Positions 1 to 6,895 of a stretch of 10,424 nt of DNA are shown here, piece after piece. The stretch's first letter is position 1; every line of letters begins with the position of its first letter. The position numbers were made by a program, and so were the translations under genes. The notes beneath the pieces were generated by a model that saw only the letters and a list, made by a program, of their open reading frames with translations, did not search any database and was not told where the DNA came from. Location: the UHGV virus genome UHGV-0117022. One strand, 5' to 3'. This stretch comes from a virus.

Positions 1-74
1 TCCGTAACGCCTCTGCCACGCGCGTAACGTGACAGGGATTAAGGGTAAACTAACTGATTTTACAAGTTTTTATT

Positions 75-1361
75 TTACCCCACTTTCTTATGGGGCATAC
101 ATGGGACACTTTCAGATAGTCTTTTGTTAAGGAGTTCTATCTGTTCGTGATTGTTGTCTTTCATCCATGCTCCGTAAACATTGAATACCATTTGTGCGTT
201 TGTGTGGCCCATCTGGCTTGCGATAAAACTAGGATTAGCTCCAGCGGCAAGTGACCAGCATGCATAAGTATGCCTGGATTGGTACGATTTTCTGTGTCTC
301 AGACCTGCGCGTTTTAAGATACTTGTCCATGACTCCCTGATGGAGTCAACCTTATAGTGCGGTCCGGAAAACTGCCGCTGTTTTATTACCTGAGGACTAA
401 AAACAAAAGTGCATTTATGCACAGTACTTCTCCCATATTCCCTCTGCTTTACCTCTACAGAATGTTGCTTTCCAAGCATGGTCATTTCCGCCTGACTTTT
501 AAGAGCATCAATAGCTGGTTGAACCAGATGAATTGTCCTTCCGGTGCCAGCATCGGTTTTTGGTGGAGTGAATTCGCCAAGTTTTGTATAATTCCTACGG
601 ATGGTTATAGTCCTTGCTTTAAGATCTATATCTTCCCATGCCAGCGATACCAGCTCCCCGTGACGAATACCCGTGTATACAGCGAGAATCCACAGGTTTT
701 TTGTTTGTTGATGACGGCAAGCCTCAATAAAACGAATAAATTCGTCACGGGTGAGAGGATCTGGTTTTACCTTGGACTTTTTTAAGGGTGCCAGACCGTT
801 AAATGGGTTTCCTGAGGTATAACCATTATCTGTTGCAAATTGAAACATTCCAGCTATGGTTGTCATATAGTAGTTTACTGTGACCACTGAGCGCCCTTTT
901 ATGGAAGAAATCTTTCCATTAGAAAGCTTATGGTAACCGGTCAACAAATCTCTCCTTGCGAAAAGTAAATCCTCTTTTGTTATGGATGAAACCAGTTTTT
1001 TCTCACCCAACATAGGCAACATGTTTTTAATTACTGACTGGTAACGATTAAGTGCATTCGCACAAATCTCAATTTTCTTAAGGTCCAACCATTTTTCCGA
1101 AAGTGCCTTAACGGTTATCTCTCTTTTTCCCAGACCAAAGTGTTTCAGGTTAGGGGAATTAGGGAACTGTGTGGCGTAGTCGAAACACCCCATTCTGATT
1201 GCAAAACAAACGGAAGTGCGAAGTTCACCTGCGATCTTCCGGTTTTTGGCGGTGTCAGGAACACCGAGGTTTTCTCTGACACGTTTGCCATTATAGTGAA
1301 ACCATATACGGAGTGATCCTCCATGGTTTTCAACGCCTGTCGGGTATGATACGTTACTCAT
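75..1361 (-). CDS. int: Tyrosine-type site-specific integrase (lambda Int family), 428 aa
   Basis: ATG at 1361..1359 preceded by GGGAGG RBS. C-terminal catalytic signature visible in the translation: TGIRHGEL (box I Arg), HRKSYQSRHTYA (His-x-x-Arg) and NVYGAW (catalytic Tyr). N-terminal region resembles an arm-binding domain. Confidence 0.92.
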   Translation of the reverse strand: MSNVSYPTGVENHGGSLRIWFHYNGKRVRENLGVPDTAKNRKIAGELRTSVCFAIRMGCFDYATQFPNSPNLKHFGLGKREITVKALSEKWLDLKKIEICANALNRYQSVIKNMLPMLGEKKLVSSITKEDLLFARRDLLTGYHKLSNGKISSIKGRSVVTVNYYMTTIAGMFQFATDNGYTSGNPFNGLAPLKKSKVKPDPLTRDEFIRFIEACRHQQTKNLWILAVYTGIRHGELVSLAWEDIDLKARTITIRRNYTKLGEFTPPKTDAGTGRTIHLVQPAIDALKSQAEMTMLGKQHSVEVKQREYGRSTVHKCTFVFSPQVIKQRQFSGPHYKVDSIRESWTSILKRAGLRHRKSYQSRHTYACWSLAAGANPSFIASQMGHTNAQMVFNVYGAWMKDNNHEQIELLNKRLSESVPCMPHKKVG

Positions 1362-1394
1362 TAAACCTCCCAGACGTCCAGGAGCATTAACAGG

Positions 1395-1649
1395 TTAACC
1401 GGAACTTGCATTTTTGGCACCTGGTTGTTTCTGGTTTTCGATCCATCGCATAATTTCTTCGATGTTGTACAGGCATTCACTGTAATGCCCAGGATCACCT
1501 TCTACAGCGTAATGGCGGTATTCTTTTCCCTGCATCCATGACTTTCTCCTGGCCCGCTCGATGGTGCCGGGCTTTAGCCCTGTTGATGCAATAAGGACTC
1601 TCTCCGTACACCATTTGCTGGGGGTTATCTGATAGATGATTGTCTGCAT
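1395..1649 (-). CDS. xis: Excisionase-like small DNA-binding protein, 84 aa
   Basis: Small basic ORF immediately upstream of and co-oriented with int; ATG at 1649..1647 with GAGG RBS. Call rests mainly on position and size; sequence similarity to a named Xis family was not verified. Confidence 0.55.
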   Translation of the reverse strand: MQTIIYQITPSKWCTERVLIASTGLKPGTIERARRKSWMQGKEYRHYAVEGDPGHYSECLYNIEEIMRWIENQKQPGAKNASSG

Positions 1650-1667
1650 GCCAACCTCATAAAACTT

Positions 1668-1802
1668 TCATCCACGGCAGTGGCACCACATTTCAAACAT
1701 TCGCTTCACAACTTCACGACAGTAGAAACCGTCAACATCTCGCGTCAGATCATAGCGATTGCCGTAACGCTGGTGGACCCATCGTTCAAATGCTTTATTC
1801 AT
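1668..1802 (-). CDS. Hypothetical small protein, 44 aa (MNKAFERWVHQRYGNRYDLTRDVDGFYCREVVKRMFEMWCHCRG)
   Basis: Not in the supplied ORF track (below its size cut-off); hand-translated. ATG at 1802..1800 preceded by AAAAGGAAG RBS, stop at 1670..1668. It fills the gap between the upstream ORF stop (1808..1806) and the xis RBS. Confidence 0.4.
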   Translation of the reverse strand: MNKAFERWVHQRYGNRYDLTRDVDGFYCREVVKRMFEMWCHCRG

Positions 1803-1805
1803 TCT

Positions 1806-2048
1806 TTACTTCCTTTTCATGGCTCGTAATTTTTTCAGATGAGCTTCCTGCTCTGTTTCTGCCAGAATTTTGCGGTACTCCTGGTGGTCAATATGTTCGA
1901 ACAGGCTGTTGAACTCAGTGATGCGTACCCGCCCGGAGCGCCCGTCCATCCTCCGAAAGAATACCGAGTGAACAGTACTGCGAGTAATTTTTACCGGGTA
2001 GCCAGCACTATCGGTGTATATCTGCCCGCGTTGAATCAAAGCGAACAT
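1806..2048 (-). CDS. Hypothetical protein, 80 aa from the first ATG (track ORF 1806..2084 begins at a TTG)
   Basis: Open frame in the leftward operon. The codon at 2084..2082 is TTG; the first ATG is at 2048..2046. No recognisable motif. Confidence 0.4.
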   Translation of the reverse strand: MFALIQRGQIYTDSAGYPVKITRSTVHSVFFRRMDGRSGRVRITEFNSLFEHIDHQEYRKILAETEQEAHLKKLRAMKRK

Positions 2049-2132
2049 GTGGTTATCCCCATCGACAAATCGAGAACACAACAAACGCTGCTGCGAATAC
2101 CACCCCCAGAGTTACGATTGCATCAGGCCAGC

Positions 2133-2882
2133 TCATTGATTCACCTCCTGCCTGTCGTCCGGCATTCGCTCACTACAGCTTATCCAACCATCCGGAGTTA
2201 CCGGAACTTGTGGAATGGCTGTCTGCTCTCGAACGTCATTAGGCGCTATAGGTTCTGCTGCCAACTGACTGGCATATTTGTTAATGGTAACGATAAGCTC
2301 TTGCTCAGCCTCATCCAGACAATCACCGATACCTCGCCTGTCACCGTCAAAATCATCGAAATCGGCACGAATCCTGGCAACCTTCAGGATTGCGGACAAC
2401 ACCTCACTAGGAATTGCCGGATAGTTGGTTGACGTTTCCGCGATTTCCCGAAAATTATTGGTTGACGAATTCTTGTTTTCCCGAAAGTTTCCGGACTGAA
2501 GCATGGCGGCGCGGCAGGAGTTCCAGGCAAATAGTGCGGCTTCTTCCACTGAAGGCGGAGAGTATCGCTCGATAAACGCCTGTGCATTTGACAGCCTCCA
2601 CTCATGAGGCAATACCGGCGCTGGCGGGGCGATGCGTCCAAGCAACTTATTTACCTCTTTCGCCATCGCGTCATATTTATCTAAATAGCGATTAGCTTCT
2701 AAGCAGACTCGGTGCATCTGATCTGAGTTAACTCGTTTAACGGGATCTGCTTCCAGCGATGCCAGTGCAATCCGTGCCAGTTCTTCCGCTTCTTCTGCTG
2801 GCAGTACAACGTTGCTACCCGGTCCGTATGTTTCGCGCCACTGCTTGATTGTCAGCAGTCGCCCTTTGGTAATAGTGATCAT
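2133..2882 (-). CDS. Hypothetical protein, 249 aa
   Basis: Long ORF whose start overlaps the stop of the upstream nuclease-like gene in an ATGA arrangement (2882..2879). The C-terminal WISCSERMPDD stretch is reminiscent of the start of phage DUF551-type domains, but this is unverified. Confidence 0.55.
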   Translation of the reverse strand: MITITKGRLLTIKQWRETYGPGSNVVLPAEEAEELARIALASLEADPVKRVNSDQMHRVCLEANRYLDKYDAMAKEVNKLLGRIAPPAPVLPHEWRLSNAQAFIERYSPPSVEEAALFAWNSCRAAMLQSGNFRENKNSSTNNFREIAETSTNYPAIPSEVLSAILKVARIRADFDDFDGDRRGIGDCLDEAEQELIVTINKYASQLAAEPIAPNDVREQTAIPQVPVTPDGWISCSERMPDDRQEVNQ

Positions 2883-3394
2883 GCCGCGTTTCCTTCTTTC
2901 TTATTAACAATCACACCGTCATATATTTCATTAAGGTGCCCTCTCAACTCCATGCGCCTTAATGCAGATAACATGTAATCGCATTCAACCTGCTTATTCC
3001 CGGTAAATGGCTTATCGTCAGGATTACCCCAACAGCAATTACCCCTGGGCCATCCATGTACTTTCCGTACTCTTCCGTTAACAACGTGAAGTAATCCCCA
3101 GCCGGGAGGTAAATCCTCAACTGAAATAATTTCCGGCTCACTAATAAAGAATCGCCAGTCGCCCATGCCAAGTGAGGGATTTTTACGGAAACGCTTTTTT
3201 CTATCTGCCAACAAGTCAGCACGAGAACACTTCGCCTCTATCAGGCATGATGCTGAATTTCTGAATCCCATAGCATCTGGCTGTTCTCCGGTACTGGTTA
3301 CAGCAACAAAGCGGTCATGAAAGCAAACCTTGAACCCGTTGCGCTTAAGGAACTTGTACGCAATCTGACAGAGTTCGTGGTGTGTTAACGCCAT
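2879..3394 (-). CDS. Putative PD-(D/E)xK-fold nuclease-like protein, 171 aa from the ATG at 3394 (track gives a TTG-extended 178 aa ORF to 3415)
   Basis: ATG at 3394..3392 is preceded by a near-perfect AAGGAG RBS. The translation contains QPD...(13 aa)...LIEAK, consistent with the PD-(D/E)xK nuclease motif (VRR-NUC/MmcB-like proteins are examples of that fold). Family assignment is not verified. Confidence 0.5.
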   Translation of the reverse strand: MALTHHELCQIAYKFLKRNGFKVCFHDRFVAVTSTGEQPDAMGFRNSASCLIEAKCSRADLLADRKKRFRKNPSLGMGDWRFFISEPEIISVEDLPPGWGLLHVVNGRVRKVHGWPRGNCCWGNPDDKPFTGNKQVECDYMLSALRRMELRGHLNEIYDGVIVNKKEGNAA

Positions 3395-3395
3395 A

Positions 3396-3710
3396 TCACT
3401 CTCCTTTGATGCCAATGTTTACAGCCTGGCAAGCCTCTTTGAGCACCCAGTCAACAGCGTCTTTCCATACTCCGGTTTCGACTGGCGGATTTTCACGCTT
3501 AACCTGTTCATAGAAGCGCACTGCTTTAATCAATCCTTCTGGTCCCTGCAAGTTAGCTCGCTGTTCTTCTTTGGTTTCCAGCTCATCCAGCAGCGCCAGC
3601 ACAACCTGAGGTGTGACTTTCATACGAAATGCCAGCAATTTTTGTGGTGTGGCTGCTATTTTTATTGCTTCTGCCGCCTCACGCAGTGCCTGATAGTCAA
3701 TCTTGTTCAC
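3396..3710 (-). CDS. Ead/Ea22-like family protein, 104 aa
   Basis: GTG start at 3710..3708 with AAGGAGG RBS, overlapping the upstream stop as GTGA. The N-terminal IDYQALREAAEA...ATP followed by LLDELE matches my recollection of the conserved Ead/Ea22-like N-terminus found in lambdoid prophage accessory regions. Confidence 0.6.
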   Translation of the reverse strand: MNKIDYQALREAAEAIKIAATPQKLLAFRMKVTPQVVLALLDELETKEEQRANLQGPEGLIKAVRFYEQVKRENPPVETGVWKDAVDWVLKEACQAVNIGIKGE

Positions 3711-4408
3711 TGGTTGCCTCCTTTGCGAAGCTCTGCGGCAAAGTCAACTAACCACTCGGTCATTTCAACCTTCCCTACCAGGTCTGAACCAGGAAACATA
3801 CAGCAATCACTCTGCGCCGCTTTGAAATCCTTATACTCATATTCCTGAGCCACCAGATTTTTTGCAGCGTCTATAGCAGCATCCACCCCCTGCGCCCGCA
3901 CTTCAGCCAGGCATTTGCGAAACTCGGAAACGTACTGTTCGACGCTCATTCCCCAGCTAAGTGGACATTCATTGAATGTTTCGCCTTCGTGCTCTTCATC
4001 AGGTAGCTCTTTGGTAAAGAACTCACGTTCAATGGCGTGGAGTGTGTCAGCAAAACGACGTAAGTTACTCAAACCTGTCGTAATGGAGAATTCAGGAGCA
4101 TCACATCCGACGCCCATCTGCTGATAAACGGCGGTTTTGAAGGCCTTAAGCCCCGCATTCTCCGCCGCCAGCGCCGAAAACTTCTCGTGTGCCAACTTAA
4201 CAGCCGCATCAGCCTGCTTAATTGACTCAATCGCTTTCTGCTGGTCTTCGGCCAGCGCATTAGCACGCACCAGTTGCACTTCCAGTTGCGTTGCCAAATC
4301 GCTGATCAGCTTTGCCACACTGCGCATATCAACGGCACCACATTCTGCTTTCAGTTCCGAAGCCATCTCATGCCCGGCGGCAACTAACCCTTTGATATTA
4401 CTTTCCAT
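3707..4408 (-). CDS. Hypothetical coiled-coil-rich protein, 233 aa
   Basis: ATG at 4408..4406 with GAGGA RBS. The N-terminal half is Ala/Glu/Lys/Gln-rich, suggesting coiled coil. Translationally coupled to the downstream Ea22-like gene. Confidence 0.55.
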   Translation of the reverse strand: MESNIKGLVAAGHEMASELKAECGAVDMRSVAKLISDLATQLEVQLVRANALAEDQQKAIESIKQADAAVKLAHEKFSALAAENAGLKAFKTAVYQQMGVGCDAPEFSITTGLSNLRRFADTLHAIEREFFTKELPDEEHEGETFNECPLSWGMSVEQYVSEFRKCLAEVRAQGVDAAIDAAKNLVAQEYEYKDFKAAQSDCCMFPGSDLVGKVEMTEWLVDFAAELRKGGNQ

Positions 4409-4469
4409 CTTTATCCTCGCTTATCCACATAACTTATTGATTACATTGATAACTAAAAAGATCGTCGAT

Positions 4470-4814
4470 TCAGAACTCTTCGATTTTCCAGCCACCACCT
4501 GCTTTCTTTGGCTTAACAGTTACCCCGATGATTCGGAACGGATATTGATCTGCGGCGACTTTGGTTTTCACCCTGGCGTCGTCGGTCCAGAAACCTTTCA
4601 CTTCGTGCAGTTCCATCTCTCCGGTGGCGAGCATCACAGCGAAATCTGGCGTATAGAACGTGTTATCAGCTAACCGCAGCTTGATACCCTCGAATCGATA
4701 CCAGGCGATTTCCCCTGCACGTTTACGCAGCTCAAGGTGCTGGCAATACGCAGATTCTGTTTTGTTCATCTGGCCTGTTTTGAGTCGACCAAGAGCCTGT
4801 ATCTGTTTTCTCAT
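4470..4814 (-). CDS. DUF1064-family phage protein (possible PD-(D/E)xK-like fold), 114 aa
   Basis: Motifs YCQHLELRKRAGEI ... YTPDF ... ELHEVKG match the conserved pattern I recall for DUF1064 proteins, which are common next to phage replication genes. ATG at 4814..4812. Confidence 0.6.
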   Translation of the reverse strand: MRKQIQALGRLKTGQMNKTESAYCQHLELRKRAGEIAWYRFEGIKLRLADNTFYTPDFAVMLATGEMELHEVKGFWTDDARVKTKVAADQYPFRIIGVTVKPKKAGGGWKIEEF

Positions 4815-4831
4815 GATTTACCCTTGAGCTA

Positions 4832-4903
4832 ATTAAAAACCACATAAGACACGAAATCAATAGATTTTAGAATATTTTATTACCCGCCAGGTAATCATTG
4901 AAA
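4832..4903 (-). promoter_or_regulatory. Putative repressor-controlled internal promoter region: operator ATTACC-CGCCA-GGTAAT at 4879..4895 flanked by sigma70-like hexamers
   Basis: Perfect copy of the immunity-region operator palindrome. On the minus strand it lies in an 18-bp spacer between -35 TTTCAA (plus 4903..4898) and -10 TAAAAT (4879..4874). A second, stronger candidate lies just downstream: -35 TTGATT (4860..4855), 17-bp spacer, -10 TTTAAT (4837..4832), about 20 bp before the DUF1064 start. Confidence 0.45.
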
Positions 4904-4904
4904 C

Positions 4905-4926
4905 GTAAAAAAATGCGCTATCGCGC
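4905..4926 (-). terminator. Weak candidate intrinsic terminator after the P-like gene
   Basis: On the minus strand, GCGC-GATA-GCGC (4-bp GC stem) is followed by a run of seven T. The stem is short, so the call is tentative. Confidence 0.3.
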
Positions 4927-4931
4927 TGGTA

Positions 4932-5717
4932 TTACTTGATAAATCCTGCCGCCTTTCCCCGCCTGTATTCCTCCATCAGCCACTGCGCCGGTGTTATTCC
5001 CCCCAGGGTGGCGGCGTTAGGCATGCACCCGAAACTTCGCCCTGGTGGATGGTAAACGTCTCTCCCTGTGTCCGGAGGTGTACTCATGGGTTCTGGCTTT
5101 GCCTGTATGCTGATCACCGGATCGGGTATCTGCTGTCCGGAAGCCACCTTTTTCGCCCAATCATCGAGCAGCCTGCGCGCGTGTTTCTCAACCTCAATCT
5201 CGCTAAGCTGGCGCTGATACATTGCACGGCGGGTATCACATACGACCCAGTACATAACCGGATGTCGCCACGGGAATCTTTCGGGACCACCAGGATATAA
5301 ACTTTTTTCCTTGCTGTACCGGTGAAACTCCGCCATCACATCGTCAATGGTGACGCCAAGAACCATCTTGCTGTCTTTACACCACTTGATAAATTGCCCT
5401 GGCGACGGCCAGAACGGAGATTCACTGGCGCGGGCGTGGCGCATACCAGCAGAAACCTGTTCACGGGTTCGGATCCCCCCTTCGGCAAACGCAGCAATCC
5501 ACTGCTGTTTTGCAGCAACTTCCTGCTCTTGCGTCTTCAGGTTGGTTACCACTGCCGCCGGAAACAGTTGTTTCAGCTGTTTGAAAAGGGCATCAACAAG
5601 CCTCTCTGCTGACATGTTCACCACGTTGTCATTGTTGGTGTACTGATGCTCATAACCTGACATGCGAGAAAGGGCTTCTCCGTCACGGTTTTGTATCGCG
5701 GTAAAAACGTTGTTCAC
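4932..5717 (-). CDS. P: Lambda P-like replication protein (replicative helicase loader), about 261 aa
   Basis: Clear similarity to recalled lambda P: window MRHARASESPFWPSPGQFIKWCKD versus lambda MRVARRQNRPFLPSPGQFVAWCRE. Likely start is GTG at 5717..5715 (GGAGGA RBS 6 nt upstream, GTGA overlap with the O-like stop) rather than the track ATG at 5732. Confidence 0.78.
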   Translation of the reverse strand: MNNVFTAIQNRDGEALSRMSGYEHQYTNNDNVVNMSAERLVDALFKQLKQLFPAAVVTNLKTQEQEVAAKQQWIAAFAEGGIRTREQVSAGMRHARASESPFWPSPGQFIKWCKDSKMVLGVTIDDVMAEFHRYSKEKSLYPGGPERFPWRHPVMYWVVCDTRRAMYQRQLSEIEVEKHARRLLDDWAKKVASGQQIPDPVISIQAKPEPMSTPPDTGRDVYHPPGRSFGCMPNAATLGGITPAQWLMEEYRRGKAAGFIK

Positions 5718-6529
5718 AAGAAATCCTCCCATGCTTCAGGGCTGTTCCAGTGCGGAACGTTGTTATCAGGTAATGTTGATTGCTTCTGTCTGCTAATCTG
5801 CAGCCTCCTTGCCAGCTTCTGCTCCCACTGTGCCTGATGGTATGCCTTACCCTCAGCCATCCAGTAAATTCTGAACTCTGCAAGTTCCTGTGCCGTTGGC
5901 AGACTGTCCAGGTAGATTCCCTGCAATGAGCTTTTCCGAAGAAAGTCATCTGATGGCTGCCATTGTTCATGCATGACAAATTTACCTAATTGCCCTGGCC
6001 CACCAGGAGGAACAAAGTTATTCATCACGGCGTTGTTTGCGACGGGGTCATGAGGCACAGAATCCCCGGTTTTTGTCCTGCTCTCCCTCTCTTGGTTAAA
6101 TGACTGGTTATATGACTGGTTCTGGATCCCGTTTTTGGGATCATTCAACATCCCGTTTTTGGGATCATTCAACATCCCGTTTTTGGGTATATTCCCGTTT
6201 TCGGTAACATTACCGTTTTCGGGTTCATTGCCCCCCTCCCGGTTGCCTTTAATGTTCCCGTTTTTGGTTATATTAAGAGAGAAAACCCGCACTCTTTTTG
6301 TCGCTCCCTTTCTCTCTCCGGTATCTGAAATAAGCCCCATTTTCATGAGCGATATAAGCCCGGCCTGCACGGTTTTTTTATTCAGGCAAGTGTCTTTAAC
6401 GAGGCGTTCTATGCTGGGGTAGCAGAGGTTATATTCATCGGCTCTGTCAGCCATCGAGAGCAGTATGAGCTTTAATGATGAGCTACCTGGATCTGTCTCC
6501 CAGGCCCAATCTGTTGCATGTCTGCTCAT
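5714..6529 (-). CDS. O: Replication initiator, functional analogue of lambda O: N-terminal HTH domain, Asn/Gly-rich repeat linker, C-terminal DnaT-like domain; 271 aa
   Basis: N-terminus LKLILLSMADRADEYNLCYPSIERLVKDTCLNKKTVQAGLISLMKMGLIS looks like a winged-HTH replication-initiator domain. C-terminus WQPSDDFL...ELAEFRIYWMAEGKAYHQAQWEQKLARRL resembles the DnaT C-terminal pattern. It sits directly upstream of and is coupled to the P-like gene, and carries iterons internally. Confidence 0.75.
   Translation of the reverse strand: MSRHATDWAWETDPGSSSLKLILLSMADRADEYNLCYPSIERLVKDTCLNKKTVQAGLISLMKMGLISDTGERKGATKRVRVFSLNITKNGNIKGNREGGNEPENGNVTENGNIPKNGMLNDPKNGMLNDPKNGIQNQSYNQSFNQERESRTKTGDSVPHDPVANNAVMNNFVPPGGPGQLGKFVMHEQWQPSDDFLRKSSLQGIYLDSLPTAQELAEFRIYWMAEGKAYHQAQWEQKLARRLQISRQKQSTLPDNNVPHWNSPEAWEDFL
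6126..6290. repeat. Iteron array (candidate replication origin) inside the O-like gene: six copies of (A/T)TCCCGTTTT(T)GGG
   Basis: Direct repeats read from the sequence at 6126..6141, 6150..6165, 6174..6189, 6192..6207, 6210..6225 and 6275..6290, with spacings of 24, 24, 18, 18 and 65 bp. Each unit has internal dyad symmetry (TCCC-N6-GGGA), as lambda ori iterons do. A further short direct repeat ATGACTGGTT x2 lies at 6101..6122. Confidence 0.6.
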
Positions 6530-6544
6530 GATTAATCTCCGCTA

Positions 6545-6745
6545 TCAGCTTGAGTGTTGTGGGGAGGAATTAATCATGATCTGCTTAATCTCTGCCCTGA
6601 TGCGACGGTTTGATTCCATGGTGCACTCAACACAGTGTCCGTTGTAAACCCAGCGTTCACTGTCATGTCCATGCTTACATGGTTTTCCGGTGTAGTAGCG
6701 TTTAAGTCCGCGCTTTGCGGCATCAATACGTGTAATGATTTCCAT
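6545..6745 (-). CDS. Small Cys/His zinc-ribbon-like protein, 66 aa from the ATG at 6745 (track ORF extends to 6808)
   Basis: Translation MEIITRIDAAKRGLKRYYTGKPCKHGHDSERWVYNGHCVEC contains a C-x-H ... H-C-x-x-C arrangement. It occupies the cII-like position between the Cro-like gene and the O-like gene. Start choice is uncertain (ATG at 6781 or 6745, both with weak RBS). Confidence 0.45.
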   Translation of the reverse strand: MEIITRIDAAKRGLKRYYTGKPCKHGHDSERWVYNGHCVECTMESNRRIRAEIKQIMINSSPQHSS

Positions 6746-6825
6746 GGTAAGCCCTGTTATTAGTATTGGGATTACGGTCATTTTGTGCTGACACAAAAAA
6801 AAGATCAACCAGATTTGGTTATTTA

Positions 6826-6840
6826 TTACCTTTGAGGTAC
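6826..6840. promoter_or_regulatory. Operator-like site TTACC-TTTGA-GGTAC (9 of 10 half-site matches)
   Basis: Same palindrome as the immunity-region operators, placed just downstream (in the leftward sense) of the terminator hairpin and upstream of the Zn-ribbon and replication genes. A nearby small palindrome AACCA-GATT-TGGTT lies at 6808..6821. Confidence 0.4.
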
Positions 6841-6846
6841 GAATAG

Positions 6847-6874
6847 ATATGAAAAGACCGCCGGGTGGCGGTCT
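6847..6874 (-). terminator. Intrinsic terminator candidate directly downstream of the Cro-like gene
   Basis: Perfect 8-bp stem AGACCGCC / GGCGGTCT (6855..6862 and 6867..6874) with a 4-nt loop. On the minus strand it is followed by TTTTCAT; there is no T-run on the plus strand. Confidence 0.5.
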
Positions 6875-6895
6875 ACAGAGGGTTGTAGCTGGATA

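Noticed and set aside
1-74. Searched the sequence downstream of the integrase stop for a tRNA 3' end or an attachment-site core
   Set aside because: No tRNA-like T-arm/acceptor signature or obvious repeat is visible in these 74 bases; the att site cannot be identified without the other prophage junction.
357-785. 142-aa plus-strand ORF inside the integrase gene (also the 62-aa minus-strand ORF at 1145..1333)
   Set aside because: Lies wholly within and antisense to (or out of frame with) the well-supported integrase coding sequence; no RBS; typical shadow ORF.
1769-1776. Chi site GCTGGTGG on the plus strand
   Set aside because: A single 8-mer occurrence is expected by chance at appreciable frequency in an enterobacterial-type sequence of this size, and it lies inside a coding region; no cluster or orientation bias to interpret.
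2049-2135. Possibility that the 249-aa and 80-aa ORFs are one gene disrupted by a nonsense mutation (both are in the same frame; C-terminus of the 249-aa ORF looks like the start of a DUF551-like domain)
   Set aside because: Two in-frame stops (TGA 2135..2133 and TAA 2114..2112) lie between them, the intervening codons show no domain-like sequence, and the downstream ORF did not convincingly match the remainder of the domain. Kept as separate genes; a pseudogene cannot be excluded without alignment.
1839-2432. 197-aa plus-strand ORF, and minus-strand ORFs at 2384..2641 and 2959..3222
   Set aside because: They overlap the leftward accessory genes on the opposite strand or in alternative frames, lack convincing start contexts, and would break the tight operon structure.
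3642-4673. Plus-strand ORFs at 3642..3848, 3915..4124 and 4137..4673, and minus-strand ORF at 4069..4266
   Set aside because: Antisense or alternative-frame shadows of the Ea22-like, coiled-coil and DUF1064 genes; composition-driven open frames without RBS.
5049-5979. Plus-strand ORFs at 5049..5300, 5322..5612 and 5347..5646, and minus-strand ORFs at 5336..5518 and 5683..5979, within the P-like and O-like genes
   Set aside because: The P-like and O-like frames carry recognisable conserved protein motifs; the overlapping frames do not and are best explained as shadow ORFs.
6135-6422. 95-aa plus-strand ORF with GSFNIPFL repeats
   Set aside because: The periodicity comes from the DNA iterons; the sense frame on the other strand encodes the O-like initiator with clear domain motifs, so this is the antisense reading of the iteron array, not a gene.
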